Source: Rickettsiales bacterium (GTDB lineage: Bacteria; Pseudomonadota; Alphaproteobacteria; Micavibrionales; GCA-2720935). Taken from it: 42,898 nt of DNA. The notes under the pieces are model-generated. The model was not told the origin of the DNA and searched no databases. It worked only from the letters and a program-made list of their open reading frames with translations. Numbering within the stretch: the stretch's first letter is position 1; every line of letters begins with the position of its first letter. The stretch lies in assembly GCA_002720935.1 (NCBI GenBank), contig PBIV01000016.1, forward strand, positions 13,588 through 56,485, written 5' to 3'. Made by a program: the position numbers and the translations under genes. Shown here one piece after another: positions 8,667 through 18,925 of the stretch.

Positions 8667-9224
8667 TTAATTATCGTTTGTTTGAAGACGTTTTGAATAA
8701 AAATGACCAGAAATTAAATCGCCATCAATCTTGGCATAGTGAGGTTTTGTTCCCCATTTCTCATAGCCCATTTTCTCATATAACTTAATCGCGAGGTTTT
8801 GTGTTTCTCTAACATCGAGGTTTAGAACTTCGATTCCTTGTTTAATAGCCGTTGCCTCAATTGCTTCCATTAATTTGCGACCTAAGCCACGACCTCTTGC
8901 CCATGGGGCAACAAAAACATTGGTTACGGTAGCTGAAAAGGATTGTGCTTGGTTGTTTGATGGCGTTCTAATTAGTTGACCTGTGCCGCCAATAACACCA
9001 TCAATCCGTCCTACAAATAAAAGACGATCTGGAACAATCAAAACACCTTTCCAAAAACGTTCAAGCACATCGCGGGATGGAACTTCAACCCACCCAAAAC
9101 CTCCACCACTTTCAATGGCTTCATCGGTTGCATCACAAAGATCATTCATGTCTGTGACATTAAGTTCTTTGACTTGCTCAATTTTGATCGTCGGCGTTTT
9201 GGTATCTTTTAAATACTCGCTCAT
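8667..9224 (-). CDS. GNAT family N-acetyltransferase
   Basis: Acetyl-CoA motif FVAPWARGRGLG; LDVRETQNLAIKLYEKMGY. Confidence 0.9.
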   Translation of the reverse strand: MSEYLKDTKTPTIKIEQVKELNVTDMNDLCDATDEAIESGGGFGWVEVPSRDVLERFWKGVLIVPDRLLFVGRIDGVIGGTGQLIRTPSNNQAQSFSATVTNVFVAPWARGRGLGRKLMEAIEATAIKQGIEVLNLDVRETQNLAIKLYEKMGYEKWGTKPHYAKIDGDLISGHFYSKRLQTNDN

Positions 9225-9306
9225 TATTTCTTATCCTTAAAAACTGCTAGTCTTGTTTTTTTGTTGATGTACTATATCTCTTTTGATATTGAAAACTAAT
9301 AGATAT

Positions 9307-9335
9307 TTGCTTTAAAAACAAGGAAACTCTATAAA
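9307..9335 (+). promoter_or_regulatory. Putative promoter of hslVU
   Basis: TTGCTT (9307-9312), 17-nt spacer, (C)TATAAA (9330-9335). AT-rich background lowers specificity. Confidence 0.4.
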
Positions 9336-9366
9336 AAGAGGGTAAAAACCAAAAGGAAAATTTTAT

Positions 9367-9927
9367 ATGCAACATCATGATGAGAAAACATGGTACGGAA
9401 CTACAATCCTAGCCGTTAGGAAAGGTAATCAAGTCGTTGTCGGCGGTGATGGTCAGGTTTCAATTGGCCATACGGTCATGAAATCAAATGCGAGAAAAGT
9501 AAGGCGCATTGGTGGCGGCAATATTATTGCAGGCTTTGCAGGCGCAACAGCGGACGCATTTACTTTATTTGAGCGTTTAGAAGCAAAGCTAGAACAACAT
9601 CCCGGCCAACTTACAAGAGCATGTGTTGAGCTCGCAAAAGACTGGCGCATGGATAAATATCTTCGCAAATTAGAAGCGATGATGGCGGTTTGTGATAAGG
9701 ATGTATCACTTGTTCTAACAGGAAATGGCGATGTATTAGAGCCAGAAGATGGTATTATCGCGATTGGGTCTGGTGGAAACTATGCACTATCAGCGGCGCG
9801 CGCTTTACATGATCGTGATGATCTAAGTGCAGAAGAGGTGGTTAGAAAAGCAATGAAAATCGCGGCCGATATTTGCGTTTACACCAATGAAAATCTAATC
9901 GTAGAAACAATTGATAAAGACAAATAA
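9367..9927 (+). CDS. hslV: ATP-dependent protease peptidase subunit HslV
   Basis: GTTILAVR with catalytic Thr, [30 protein letters not shown]. Confidence 0.98.
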   Translation: MQHHDEKTWYGTTILAVRKGNQVVVGGDGQVSIGHTVMKSNARKVRRIGGGNIIAGFAGATADAFTLFERLEAKLEQHPGQLTRACVELAKDWRMDKYLRKLEAMMAVCDKDVSLVLTGNGDVLEPEDGIIAIGSGGNYALSAARALHDRDDLSAEEVVRKAMKIAADICVYTNENLIVETIDKDK

Positions 9928-9942
9928 TAAGGTTAACTAACA

Positions 9943-11319
9943 ATGTCATCAGTAGCTGAAAAAGAAGACTTGAAAATGGATAAATTAAATACAGAAACAC
10001 AAACATCATTTACCCCAGCCCAAACAGTAGAGCAATTGGATCGTTATATCATTGGTCAAAATGATGCGAAAAAGGCCGTTGCGGTTGCTTTACGTAATCG
10101 TTGGAGACGCCAACAGTTAGAACCTCAGCTTAGAGAAGAGGTGTTGCCAAAAAACATTCTTATGATTGGCCCAACGGGTGTTGGTAAAACCGAGATTGCG
10201 CGCCGTTTGGCAAAATTAGCAGATGCCCCATTCATGAAGGTGGAAGCAACAAAATTTACCGAAGTTGGTTATGTTGGGCGTGACGTTGAATCGATTATTC
10301 GTGATTTGATGGATGTCTCAATGAAGATGACACGCGAAAACATGAAAAAAACGATTAACAGCCAAGCCGAAATCTTTGCTGAAGAGCGCATTATTGATGT
10401 TCTTGTTGGCGAGACGGCGGGCGATGTCACACGCCAATCATTCCGCAAAAAGCTGCGTGAAGGCGAGCTAGATGACAAAGAGATTGAAATCAAAGTGAAT
10501 GAAAGCTCAACCTCTTCTTCAATGCCGACTTTTGATGTACCTGGTATGCCAGGCGCACAAATGGGAATGATTAATTTGGGCGATATTTTAGGCAAAAGCT
10601 TTGGCGAGAAAAAAGTCAAAAAGAAGATGTCAATTGGCAAAGCTTTTAAAATTTTGAGTGAGGAAGAAGCCGATAAACTTCTTGATGAAGAAAAAATGGT
10701 TGAAGAAGCAATCTTCCAAGTTGAACAAAATGCAATCGTCTTTATCGATGAGGTTGATAAAATTGCAGCGCGCAGTGATCAAGCTGGTGGACGCAGTGAT
10801 GTTAGCCGCGAAGGGGTGCAAAGAGATTTACTTCCATTGATTGAGGGCACAACCGTTTCAACCAAATATGGTATGGTTAAAACAGACCATATTCTATTTA
10901 TTGCCTCTGGTGCGTTTCACTTTGCAAAGCCAAGCGATTTGTTACCAGAATTACAAGGTCGATTACCAATTCGTGTTGAATTAAAAGCCCTTACTGAAGA
11001 AGATTTCCGCCGTATTCTGGTTGAGCCAGAAGCAAGTTTGATTAAGCAATATGTCGCCCTCATGGGAACAGAAGATTTAACGCTTGAATTTACCGAAGAG
11101 GCAATTGATGCTTTGGCTAAATTAACCGTTGAGATTAACTCAAGAGTGGAAAACATTGGGGCGAGACGCCTTCATACAGTTTTGGAAAAACTTCTTGAAG
11201 AGGTTAGCTTTGATGCCCCAACACGTGCAGGCGAGACTTTAAAAATCACAAAAGAAATGGTTCATGAGCGAATTGAGACATTGGCAGAGAATGTTGATCT
11301 GTCTAAATTCATTCTGTAA
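9943..11319 (+). CDS. hslU: ATP-dependent protease ATPase subunit HslU
   Basis: [34 protein letters not shown]; C-terminal DLSKFIL. Confidence 0.98.
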   Translation: MSSVAEKEDLKMDKLNTETQTSFTPAQTVEQLDRYIIGQNDAKKAVAVALRNRWRRQQLEPQLREEVLPKNILMIGPTGVGKTEIARRLAKLADAPFMKVEATKFTEVGYVGRDVESIIRDLMDVSMKMTRENMKKTINSQAEIFAEERIIDVLVGETAGDVTRQSFRKKLREGELDDKEIEIKVNESSTSSSMPTFDVPGMPGAQMGMINLGDILGKSFGEKKVKKKMSIGKAFKILSEEEADKLLDEEKMVEEAIFQVEQNAIVFIDEVDKIAARSDQAGGRSDVSREGVQRDLLPLIEGTTVSTKYGMVKTDHILFIASGAFHFAKPSDLLPELQGRLPIRVELKALTEEDFRRILVEPEASLIKQYVALMGTEDLTLEFTEEAIDALAKLTVEINSRVENIGARRLHTVLEKLLEEVSFDAPTRAGETLKITKEMVHERIETLAENVDLSKFIL

Positions 11320-11346
11320 TCCTCACGCCTTAAAGCTTTTTTAGTT

Positions 11347-11376
11347 TTGACAACCCTTTAGAATTTGGTGTAACTT
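11347..11376 (+). promoter_or_regulatory. Putative sigma70-type promoter for the CapD-like gene
   Basis: TTGACA (11347-11352), 18-nt spacer, TAACTT (11371-11376). Confidence 0.45.
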
Positions 11377-11417
11377 GCAAAGCATACACAGAACATTTTT
11401 TAAAGGGGTTCGTCACT

Positions 11418-13388
11418 TTGAGAATTAATAAAGCTCATCTTGCTTTCTTACATGATATCGGTATGGCAGCACTGTCTTTAGTGTTGGCTTTTTATCTTCG
11501 TGTTGGCTCTGATTTATATTTAAAAAGCTATTTTCTTGATGTCGTGATTTATGCAGCACCAATGTATGCAGTTATTGCTGCGATCACTTTTCAGTCTTTA
11601 CGCATGTATAAAGGGATTTGGCGTTATGCCTCTGTGCCTGATTTAATCGCTATTGCAAAAGGCGCTGTGATCTCAATTTGTTTATTTGTCTTTGTTTTGG
11701 CGATTGCAACAAGACTTCATAATTTTCCACGATCAGTACCAATTATTCAGCTGTTCCTTCTTGTCTGTATGCTGGGTGGCCCACGTTTTCTTTATCGTTT
11801 TTGGCGTGATAGACGTTTAAAATTGACCAAGAAATCAGAAGGCGGGGTTGAAATCCCTGTTGTTCTAATCGGTGCTACGGACGGAGCTGAACTTTTTGTG
11901 CGCGCAACGCTTAACTCACAAAGCAGTGATTATAATGTGGTTGCGATTTTGGATGAAACGGGTCTTAAAGAAAATCGCTCAATGTTTGGGATCCCTGTTT
12001 ATGGCCTTGATTTAGATGACTTAAAAGGCTCATTAAAGAATGTTACAAAGCGCACTGGTGAAGTTGCACAAAAACTGATTTTTACAAATCATGTTCCTGA
12101 ATATCAAGCTCGTAAAATTTTACAAAAGCTAGACCCGCAAACCGAAGCGTTGGGGCTTAGTTTAGCAAGATTGCCCAACCTAACAGAATTTAAGAAAAGC
12201 ATGATTGAAGGTGAGGTCAGCGTTCAAGCCGTTGCCTTAGAAGATTTACTTGGTCGCCCACAATCAGAGTTAGACCTTGATGCAATTAAAAACTTTATTG
12301 AAGGTAAGCGTGTTTTAATCACTGGGGCTGGTGGTACAATTGGCTCTGAGATCACAAGGCAAGTTGCCTCTTATGGCCCGTCCCAACTAACATTGATTGA
12401 TCACAGCGAATATAATTTATATCTCATTGATGGCGAGGTTAGTAAAGATTTCGGCCATCTTGACTATAAAGCAGCCTTGGGCAATGTTCGTAATCGTGAG
12501 CGCATTAGACAAGTTTTTGAGCAGGCAAAACCAGATGTTGTATTCCACGCAGCTGCCCTTAAGCATGTCCCGATGGTTGAGCTAAACCCAGAAGAAGGGG
12601 TGTTAACAAACCTAATCGGAACACAAAATGTGGCGGATGCTTGTGTTGAGTTTGGGGCGCAAACCATGGTTCAAATTTCCACCGATAAGGCAGTAAACCC
12701 AACAAATGTTATGGGGGCAAGCAAACGCCTTGGAGAGCTTTATGCGCAAGCGCTCGATTTAAATGCGAACAAAGGCAACTCGACACGGTTCTTTACGGTG
12801 CGTTTTGGAAATGTTTTAGGCTCAAGTGGGTCTGTAGTGCCATTATTCCAAAGACAGATTGCCGCTGGTGGCCCATTAACCGTCACGCATCCAGATATTA
12901 AACGTTATTTCATGACCGTGAGGGAAGCCGTAGGGCTTGTCTTACAAGCCAGTGCAAAGGGGCATGATGTTCAAGTTGAAGATGGCAGTTGTGGTTTGAT
13001 TTTCGTTCTTGATATGGGCGAGCCGATTAAAATTCAAGATATCGCCCGCAAGATGATTAGATTATCTGGCAAAAAACTGGGTGAGGATATTGATATTGTT
13101 TTTACTGGTCTGCGCCCTGGTGAGAAGCTTTATGAAGAGCTTTTCGATCAAAGCGAGACACCACTTAAAACGAATATTGATGGCGTTATGGGGGCAAGAC
13201 CAACCGCCCTTGACCTTGGTATTTTAAAGAAGAATTTTGGCTCTATTGAGCTTGCTTGTAATCAAGGTAATAGAGAACAGCTTTATAAATTATTACAACA
13301 TATTGTCAGTGGTTATAAATATGACCCAGAAATTTGGGAAAGCATAAATAAAAAACTAGATCAATCAAATGAGCAGAAAGAGGGCTAA
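11418..13388 (+). CDS. CapD/WbpM/PglF-like membrane-anchored nucleotide-sugar 4,6-dehydratase
   Basis: N-terminal TM helices, EDLLGRP, ITGAGGTIGSE, FHAAALKHVP, STDKAVNPTNVMGASK, VRFGNVLGSSGSV, GLRPGEKLYEEL. Confidence 0.93.
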   Translation: MRINKAHLAFLHDIGMAALSLVLAFYLRVGSDLYLKSYFLDVVIYAAPMYAVIAAITFQSLRMYKGIWRYASVPDLIAIAKGAVISICLFVFVLAIATRLHNFPRSVPIIQLFLLVCMLGGPRFLYRFWRDRRLKLTKKSEGGVEIPVVLIGATDGAELFVRATLNSQSSDYNVVAILDETGLKENRSMFGIPVYGLDLDDLKGSLKNVTKRTGEVAQKLIFTNHVPEYQARKILQKLDPQTEALGLSLARLPNLTEFKKSMIEGEVSVQAVALEDLLGRPQSELDLDAIKNFIEGKRVLITGAGGTIGSEITRQVASYGPSQLTLIDHSEYNLYLIDGEVSKDFGHLDYKAALGNVRNRERIRQVFEQAKPDVVFHAAALKHVPMVELNPEEGVLTNLIGTQNVADACVEFGAQTMVQISTDKAVNPTNVMGASKRLGELYAQALDLNANKGNSTRFFTVRFGNVLGSSGSVVPLFQRQIAAGGPLTVTHPDIKRYFMTVREAVGLVLQASAKGHDVQVEDGSCGLIFVLDMGEPIKIQDIARKMIRLSGKKLGEDIDIVFTGLRPGEKLYEELFDQSETPLKTNIDGVMGARPTALDLGILKKNFGSIELACNQGNREQLYKLLQHIVSGYKYDPEIWESINKKLDQSNEQKEG

Positions 13389-13391
13389 TCA

Positions 13392-14228
13392 ATGAGTTTT
13401 GAAATTACGGATGAAATCTTACAAAAACTGATTGATGTGGCACGTGTCGCTGGCGATATAACTTTAAAATATTTTCAAAAGGACGTTGATGTCCAAATCA
13501 AAGACAATGACAGCCCCGTTACGCTAGCAGACCAAGAAGCTGAAAAAGCGATTTTAAAGGTTCTGCGTGAGATTGATAAAGATGCCGTCATCGTCGCAGA
13601 AGAAGAGGCAGCAGCGGGCTTTTTACCAGATCACAATGTGCTAAAGGATTTCTGGCTTGTGGATCCGCTTGATGGCACAAAAGAATTCATCAATGACCGC
13701 CCTAATTATACCGTAAATATTGCTTATATGAGGGATAAAGAGCCGTATTTTGGACTGATCTTTGCACCTGCGCGTGATTTGATGCTTTATGGATTTGCGG
13801 ATCAAGATGAGGCTTATTTATATGATAGTGAGACAGGTAAGTTTGAGGGCATTAATACGAGCGATAAAGGGCATGCCGATCATTTGAATGTTGTGACAAG
13901 CCTAAGCCAATCAAATGGCGAATCTTTTAAGAAATACATTGAACCGTTAAATGTTGCCGATATTAAACATTATGGCAGTTCATTGAAATTCTGCACCATG
14001 GCAATGGGGATGGCGGATATTTATCCACGGTTCAAGCCAACCTCAGAATGGGATACAGCCGCAGGGCACGCAATTTTAAGGGCGGCAGGCGGTGATATCT
14101 ATACCGTTGATGGAAATCCCCTCAAATACGCTAAGAGAGCTGATTTCTTAAATCCTTACTTCATCGCCAAAACAAATTCTGTCTCATTAATTACAGATGA
14201 TGTTTTTGATGTCGCAGTGGGCGATTAA
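13392..14228 (+). CDS. cysQ: 3'(2'),5'-bisphosphate nucleotidase CysQ
   Basis: SPVTLADQEAE, FWLVDPLDGTKEFI, GSSLKFC, YPRFKPTSEWDTAAGHA. Confidence 0.93.
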   Translation: MSFEITDEILQKLIDVARVAGDITLKYFQKDVDVQIKDNDSPVTLADQEAEKAILKVLREIDKDAVIVAEEEAAAGFLPDHNVLKDFWLVDPLDGTKEFINDRPNYTVNIAYMRDKEPYFGLIFAPARDLMLYGFADQDEAYLYDSETGKFEGINTSDKGHADHLNVVTSLSQSNGESFKKYIEPLNVADIKHYGSSLKFCTMAMGMADIYPRFKPTSEWDTAAGHAILRAAGGDIYTVDGNPLKYAKRADFLNPYFIAKTNSVSLITDDVFDVAVGD

Positions 14229-14596
14229 TTCATTCTATTTTTTATGATCTTTTGAATGAGATCTATCATCTCTCTAGGGGATTGATAGCTGTGTATTCTG
14301 TTTGTTACAAACTTGATGCTTGATGAAGGTTTTCTATCTTCCCTATGGATCGCAATGATAGGCAGATCAAATGATTCAGCACGCCCCAATTCAATCCCTA
14401 ATCCTGTCGATGCATATGACACTTCTGCTAAAAGCAGGTCACATTTTGACATGATGTCATATGTGTTCTTACCCTCTATTGAATTCTCATGGGGTAGAAT
14501 TAATTCAACATGATTGAGCTTAAGCTCATTTTTTAATGGCTTATAAAGCTCATCTTGGTAATTAAAATTAGATGAGTGAGCGATATAAATCTTCAT
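14225..14596 (-). CDS. Nucleoside 2-deoxyribosyltransferase / DNPH1(Rcl)-like N-glycosidase domain protein
   Basis: MKIYIAHS start; CDLLLAEVSYASTGLGIELGRA matches the NDT-family D...E-x-S-x-x-S-x-G-x-G-x-E-x-G pattern. Confidence 0.7.
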   Translation of the reverse strand: MKIYIAHSSNFNYQDELYKPLKNELKLNHVELILPHENSIEGKNTYDIMSKCDLLLAEVSYASTGLGIELGRAESFDLPIIAIHREDRKPSSSIKFVTNRIHSYQSPREMIDLIQKIIKNRMN

Positions 14597-14605
14597 ATTT
14601 TAAAA

Positions 14606-14863
14606 TTATCTAAGTGCTGGAGACCCGCTTGAGCAATATGGTGGTCTTCTTTTTAAAAGATCTGGATCGATTGAATTATCGCGTCTTACGCAATATGAGA
14701 TTGATCCCGATGCCTGATCTACTCTCCAAACAAACTGACCACTATTTCCTGCGATCATATAGTTGCCACCACTGCTCTGGCTGGCAAGAGGAGAAAAAGA
14801 AGCGAAGACAAAGGCTGCCGCTAAAATAATAGAAGAAAGTAAAATTGCTTTTGGGTATGTCAT
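14606..14863 (-). CDS. Small exported hypothetical protein with a Cys pair
   Basis: SD GAGG; Sec-like signal; VWRVDQASGSISYC...PPYC. Confidence 0.7.
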   Translation of the reverse strand: MTYPKAILLSSIILAAAFVFASFSPLASQSSGGNYMIAGNSGQFVWRVDQASGSISYCVRRDNSIDPDLLKRRPPYCSSGSPALR

Positions 14864-14923
14864 TTAAAAACCTCTTTTGTTTAAGGGAATGATTATTTGA
14901 TACCAAGAGTAGTGCGCACAAAT

Positions 14924-14956
14924 AAAAAAGCAAGCTTCAATATGAAACTTGCTTTT
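14924..14956 (-). terminator. Intrinsic terminator after rpmE
   Basis: Minus strand reads AAAAGCAAGTTTCA-TAT-TGAAGCTTGCTTTTTT (stem with one G-U pair, then a U-tract). Confidence 0.8.
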
Positions 14957-14983
14957 ATAAATTCTTTTATAAAGAGATAAAGC

Positions 14984-15232
14984 TTAGTTAGCTTCTTCTT
15001 CTTTTTTCTTAGAACCGAATGCACCGCCACCAAAACGAGCACCGAATTTAGCCGCACGGCCACCTTCAGATTGTCTTCTTGGGCCACCAGTCCATGCAGG
15101 ATGAGAAAGAGGATCAATATCCAAACGGATTGTTGTGCCTTCTTCGCCATATGTGCTGCGTGTTTCAAATTCTGTACCATCAGTCATAACAACTTTAACT
15201 GTGTGGTAATCTGGGTGAATATCTTTTTTCAT
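14984..15232 (-). CDS. rpmE: 50S ribosomal protein L31 (cysteine-free form)
   Basis: [10 protein letters not shown]...[14 protein letters not shown]...[14 protein letters not shown]; SD AGGAG. Confidence 0.97.
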   Translation of the reverse strand: MKKDIHPDYHTVKVVMTDGTEFETRSTYGEEGTTIRLDIDPLSHPAWTGGPRRQSEGGRAAKFGARFGGGAFGSKKKEEEAN

Positions 15233-15458
15233 TTTAAACTCCTAAAATTAAGCTTTTTAAAAAGCGAAATAATCTGTTTTTTAAATTCTTTAGCAATTAG
15301 ATTTTGTTTTTTATCGTTTATGGTTATAAAAAGCAAGGATTAAATTCACTCTTTTTGCTCATTTAAGGCATTTTTTCCAAAATATTAAAAGGAATTTGCG
15401 TTTAGGCACGAATAACCTATTGTATCTGTAGTTTATTAGCATTAAAACCATCCAAGTT

Positions 15459-17279
15459 ATGAGAAATTTTAAAACAACAGATAATAGCCCCGATAAAGCC
15501 AAGAAAAGAACTTTTGGAGAGTTCTTATCATTCACTTGGCCTTTTTTAAGGCCGTATCGGTTACAACTTGTTATTGCTTCAATTGCCTTGATCGTGGCTG
15601 CGACAACTGTTTTAGGGTTGGGGCGTGGCTTACAATATTTAATTGATAAAGGCTTTTCAAACTCAAATCAGTTGTTATTGGATGAATCACTCTTTTACTT
15701 ATTTATCATTGTTGCCGTTTTAGCATTATCAAGCTTTACGCGGTATTTCTTTGTATCCTGGATTGGTGAGCGTGTTATTGCAGATATCCGAAAAGATGTC
15801 TTTAGAAACTTGTTAAAACTAGCACCACCATTTTATGAAGAAAATAGAGCAGGCGAAGTTGTCTCTCGAATCACAGCTGACAGCACGGTTTTACAATCAG
15901 TTGTTGGAAGTTCAGTGTCTTTGGCTCTTCGTAATGCATTAATGATGATAGGCGCGCTCATTATGCTTGTGATTACCAGTCCTAAATTAACTGGTTTGGT
16001 GGCACTCGTTGTTCCGATCGTTATTGTACCGATTGTTTATTTTGGGCGAAAAGTGAGAGCGCGTTCAAAAATCGCTCAAGATAAGGTTGCTCATGTTGGT
16101 GGTTTTATTGATGAAGCGCTGCATGCGATCTCAACCGTTCAGGCCAATGTTCAAGAATTTAATATGGCGAATGATTTTGATAGATCAGCTGAAGCTGCCT
16201 ATGGCTCTGCGAAAATGTATATTTTGTTTAGAGCCATTTTGTCGGCTTTTGTAATATTCATTGTATTTAGTGCTGTTGGCGTTATTTTATGGATCGGTGG
16301 TCATGATGTTATCGCAGGTCGTATGTCAGCAGGCGAATTATCCGCCTTTATCTTTTATTCCGTTGTTGTGGCTGGTGCTGTTGGTGTTTTAAGTGAGGTT
16401 GCAGGAAATTTAAATAGAGCCGCAGGAGCGGCAGAACGCTTAATTGAATATAAAAATTTAAAAAGCCCAATCATTGAAAAATCAAATGCACTTGAGTTGG
16501 AAAGACCTGTTCAAGGTTTAATAGAATTTAAGAATGTGAACTTCACATATCCATCAGCGCATCTTGATGGCGATCTGCAAGACCAAACGATGCTTACAGC
16601 GATCAAAGATTTAAATCTAACCATACAAGCAGGGCAAACCGTTGCTCTAGTTGGGCGCAGTGGTGCAGGTAAGTCAACTTTGTTTAAATTACTGCTTCGT
16701 TTTTATGACCCAGATACGGGATCAATTAAAATCGATCATCATGATTTAAAAGATTTGAAATTATCAGGCTTTAGAGATGTTATTGGGATGGTTCCGCAAG
16801 ATCCATTTATTTTTTCAAGCACGGTTAGGGACAATATTCTTTTTGCCAATGAAGATGCAAGCGAAGAGGATTTAATTTTAGCGCTAAAGCAAGCTTATGC
16901 TTATGATTTTGTCATGGCGCTTCCTCATGGTCTAGATACAAGGCTAGGGGATGGTGGAAGCCGTCTATCGGGCGGACAAAAACAGCGTATTGCAATCGCA
17001 AGGGCAATTGTTCGAAATCCAGCTATCCTACTTCTTGATGAGGCGACATCAGCCCTTGATTCTGAAAGCGAAGAATATGTGCAACGAGCTTTGCAAGAAT
17101 TGATGCAAGGGCGCACAACATTGATGATTGCACACAGGTTATCAACCGTGAAAAATGCAGATCGGATCATTGTTTTGGATAAGGGCACAATCATTCAAGA
17201 AGGCACGCATGAGCAACTTGCAAAGCGCTCTGGTCTTTACCAAGAGCTAGCAAGCCGTCAATTTAAACGAGTGTCTTAA
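15459..17279 (+). CDS. MsbA-related ABC exporter (fused permease/ATPase)
   Basis: TMD with VSWIGERVIADIR; Walker A GRSGAGKST, signature LSGGQKQR, Walker B LLLDEATSALD. Confidence 0.93.
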   Translation: MRNFKTTDNSPDKAKKRTFGEFLSFTWPFLRPYRLQLVIASIALIVAATTVLGLGRGLQYLIDKGFSNSNQLLLDESLFYLFIIVAVLALSSFTRYFFVSWIGERVIADIRKDVFRNLLKLAPPFYEENRAGEVVSRITADSTVLQSVVGSSVSLALRNALMMIGALIMLVITSPKLTGLVALVVPIVIVPIVYFGRKVRARSKIAQDKVAHVGGFIDEALHAISTVQANVQEFNMANDFDRSAEAAYGSAKMYILFRAILSAFVIFIVFSAVGVILWIGGHDVIAGRMSAGELSAFIFYSVVVAGAVGVLSEVAGNLNRAAGAAERLIEYKNLKSPIIEKSNALELERPVQGLIEFKNVNFTYPSAHLDGDLQDQTMLTAIKDLNLTIQAGQTVALVGRSGAGKSTLFKLLLRFYDPDTGSIKIDHHDLKDLKLSGFRDVIGMVPQDPFIFSSTVRDNILFANEDASEEDLILALKQAYAYDFVMALPHGLDTRLGDGGSRLSGGQKQRIAIARAIVRNPAILLLDEATSALDSESEEYVQRALQELMQGRTTLMIAHRLSTVKNADRIIVLDKGTIIQEGTHEQLAKRSGLYQELASRQFKRVS

Positions 17280-17295
17280 TCTTTATTTATAATGA

Positions 17296-18117
17296 TTATG
17301 AATGGGCTTTTTGTAAAAGCTGTAACAACATTGGTTGAATATCACGATTCCCAGCAACAACCTCTTGGCTGTTAAAGTGGTCATTATTACCTTTATAATC
17401 CGTGATATAGCCACCAGCTTCTCTTAAAATAATGTCAGCGGCTGCGACATCCCAAATCTTTAGACCGTTTTCATAGAAACCATCAAGGCGACCAGCGGCA
17501 ACATAACAAAGATCAAGACAACCAGAGGCCAAACGACGTAGGCTAACAGACTGCTTTAGAAGAATTTCCATTTCTTTCAAAAAGCGCGTCGCACCATTTT
17601 CTTCATGATAACAAGGCGAGCCAAAACCGATCACTGATTCTGGCATTTTACGGCGACCAGAAACACGAAGGCGGTAGTTATTCATATAAGCGCCTTTGCC
17701 TTTTTCAGCCCAGAACATCTCATCTTTTACAGGGTCATAAACAACACCAACAATGATTTCCTTTTCGCCATTTTCATGGGTTTGTTCCAAAGCAACACTA
17801 ATTGACCAGTGCGGGATAGCATGTAAGAAGTTGCTTGTTCCATCAAGTGGATCAATGATAAAGCGAAATGGCTCTGTGCCTTCAATTAAGCCAGCTTCTT
17901 CAGAAAGAATGGTGTAGCCAGGGCGTGTTTTTTGAAGATTCTCAATTAAGATCTTTTCTGAGCGAAGATCAGCCGTTGATACAAAATCATTTAAACCTTT
18001 TTTAGAGACTTGTAATTTTTCTAATTCGCCAAAATCACGGATTAAGCCTTTTGTCGCGGCTTCAATCGCACGTGTGATAATGGTCATGTTCGGGGAATAT
18101 CTGACGTCAGTTCGCAT
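17296..18117 (-). CDS. suhB: Inositol monophosphatase family protein SuhB
   Basis: LIRDFGELEKLQVSKKG, DFVSTAD, IIDPLDGTSNFLH, WDVAAA; downstream of efp. Confidence 0.92.
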   Translation of the reverse strand: MRTDVRYSPNMTIITRAIEAATKGLIRDFGELEKLQVSKKGLNDFVSTADLRSEKILIENLQKTRPGYTILSEEAGLIEGTEPFRFIIDPLDGTSNFLHAIPHWSISVALEQTHENGEKEIIVGVVYDPVKDEMFWAEKGKGAYMNNYRLRVSGRRKMPESVIGFGSPCYHEENGATRFLKEMEILLKQSVSLRRLASGCLDLCYVAAGRLDGFYENGLKIWDVAAADIILREAGGYITDYKGNNDHFNSQEVVAGNRDIQPMLLQLLQKAHS

Positions 18118-18183
18118 AATGTTTTTCTTTCTTATTAATCAGAATTTTTATTTGGGCTAAGTTTTTTATTTTATAGATTTTTT

Positions 18184-18750
18184 TTAGTCTTTTGCTTTTT
18201 CAACATAAGTTGAATCTTCTGTGCGGACAACAACACGTGTGCCTGAACTAATGTGAGGTGGTACCATAACCTTTACGCCATTTTCTAAAATAGCAGGTTT
18301 GTATGATGATGACGCGGTTTGTCCTTTGACAACAGGCTCTGCTTCAACAATTTCAAGTGTTACAGTGTCGGGCAAATCAACAGATAGGGCTTGACCTTCA
18401 TACATATTAATCCCAACAATCATCTCATCTTGAAGATAGACAGCACCATCGCCAATTTGTTCTGAGGTTAACATGATCTGCTCATAAGACGTTTGGTTCA
18501 TGAAGTAATAATCATCGCCATCGGCATATAAATATTGGTGGTCAACTTGATCAACGCGGGCTTTTTCAACAGTATCTTCTGTTCTAAAGCGAACGATATC
18601 TTTGCTTCCGCCTTGGATGTCTTTCATTTCAACAGTAATAAAAGCACCACCTTTACCAGGTTTTGTGACTTGTGTTTTATAAACCTGCCAAAGTTTTGCA
18701 TTGTGATCTAAAATATTTCCAACACGGATGTCGATTGCATTCATTTTCAT
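18184..18750 (-). CDS. efp: Translation elongation factor P
   Basis: KPGKGGAF loop, YLYADG, KPAILENG. True start is likely ATG at 18750 after AAGGA (188 aa). Confidence 0.97.
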   Translation of the reverse strand: MKMNAIDIRVGNILDHNAKLWQVYKTQVTKPGKGGAFITVEMKDIQGGSKDIVRFRTEDTVEKARVDQVDHQYLYADGDDYYFMNQTSYEQIMLTSEQIGDGAVYLQDEMIVGINMYEGQALSVDLPDTVTLEIVEAEPVVKGQTASSSYKPAILENGVKVMVPPHISSGTRVVVRTEDSTYVEKAKD

Positions 18751-18851
18751 GATTTTAATAGTCCTTATAAGTAAGCAATAAATATAATTTAAAAAATTTT
18801 CTTCACTCTTTATATCAAAAGGATTACAAGAATAGAAATACTTATTTTTAA

Positions 18852-18880
18852 TTGACATATTATTTTTCAGAATATAATGT
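18852..18880 (+). promoter_or_regulatory. Near-consensus sigma70 promoter for the 18926 gene
   Basis: TTGACA (18852-18857) with TATAAT (18873-18878, 15-nt spacer) or the overlapping TAATGT (17-nt spacer). Confidence 0.55.
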
Positions 18881-18925
18881 TATATGGAATAAAATTTTAA
18901 AAGGAATAGAGAGAAGGGACGAAAG

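Noticed and set aside
14984-15232. Cysteine-free L31 as a zinc-starvation paralog
   Set aside because: The Cys-free form is the standard L31 in Alphaproteobacteria.
15252-15265. Palindrome GCTTTTTAAAAAGC in the rpmE leader as an autoregulatory RNA
   Set aside because: It is short and AT-rich, with no comparative support available.
18751-18858. N-terminal extensions of efp, comM, the ABC-2 permease and rsfS in the ORF track
   Set aside because: SD-preceded internal starts match the family N-termini; the extensions run through promoter DNA.
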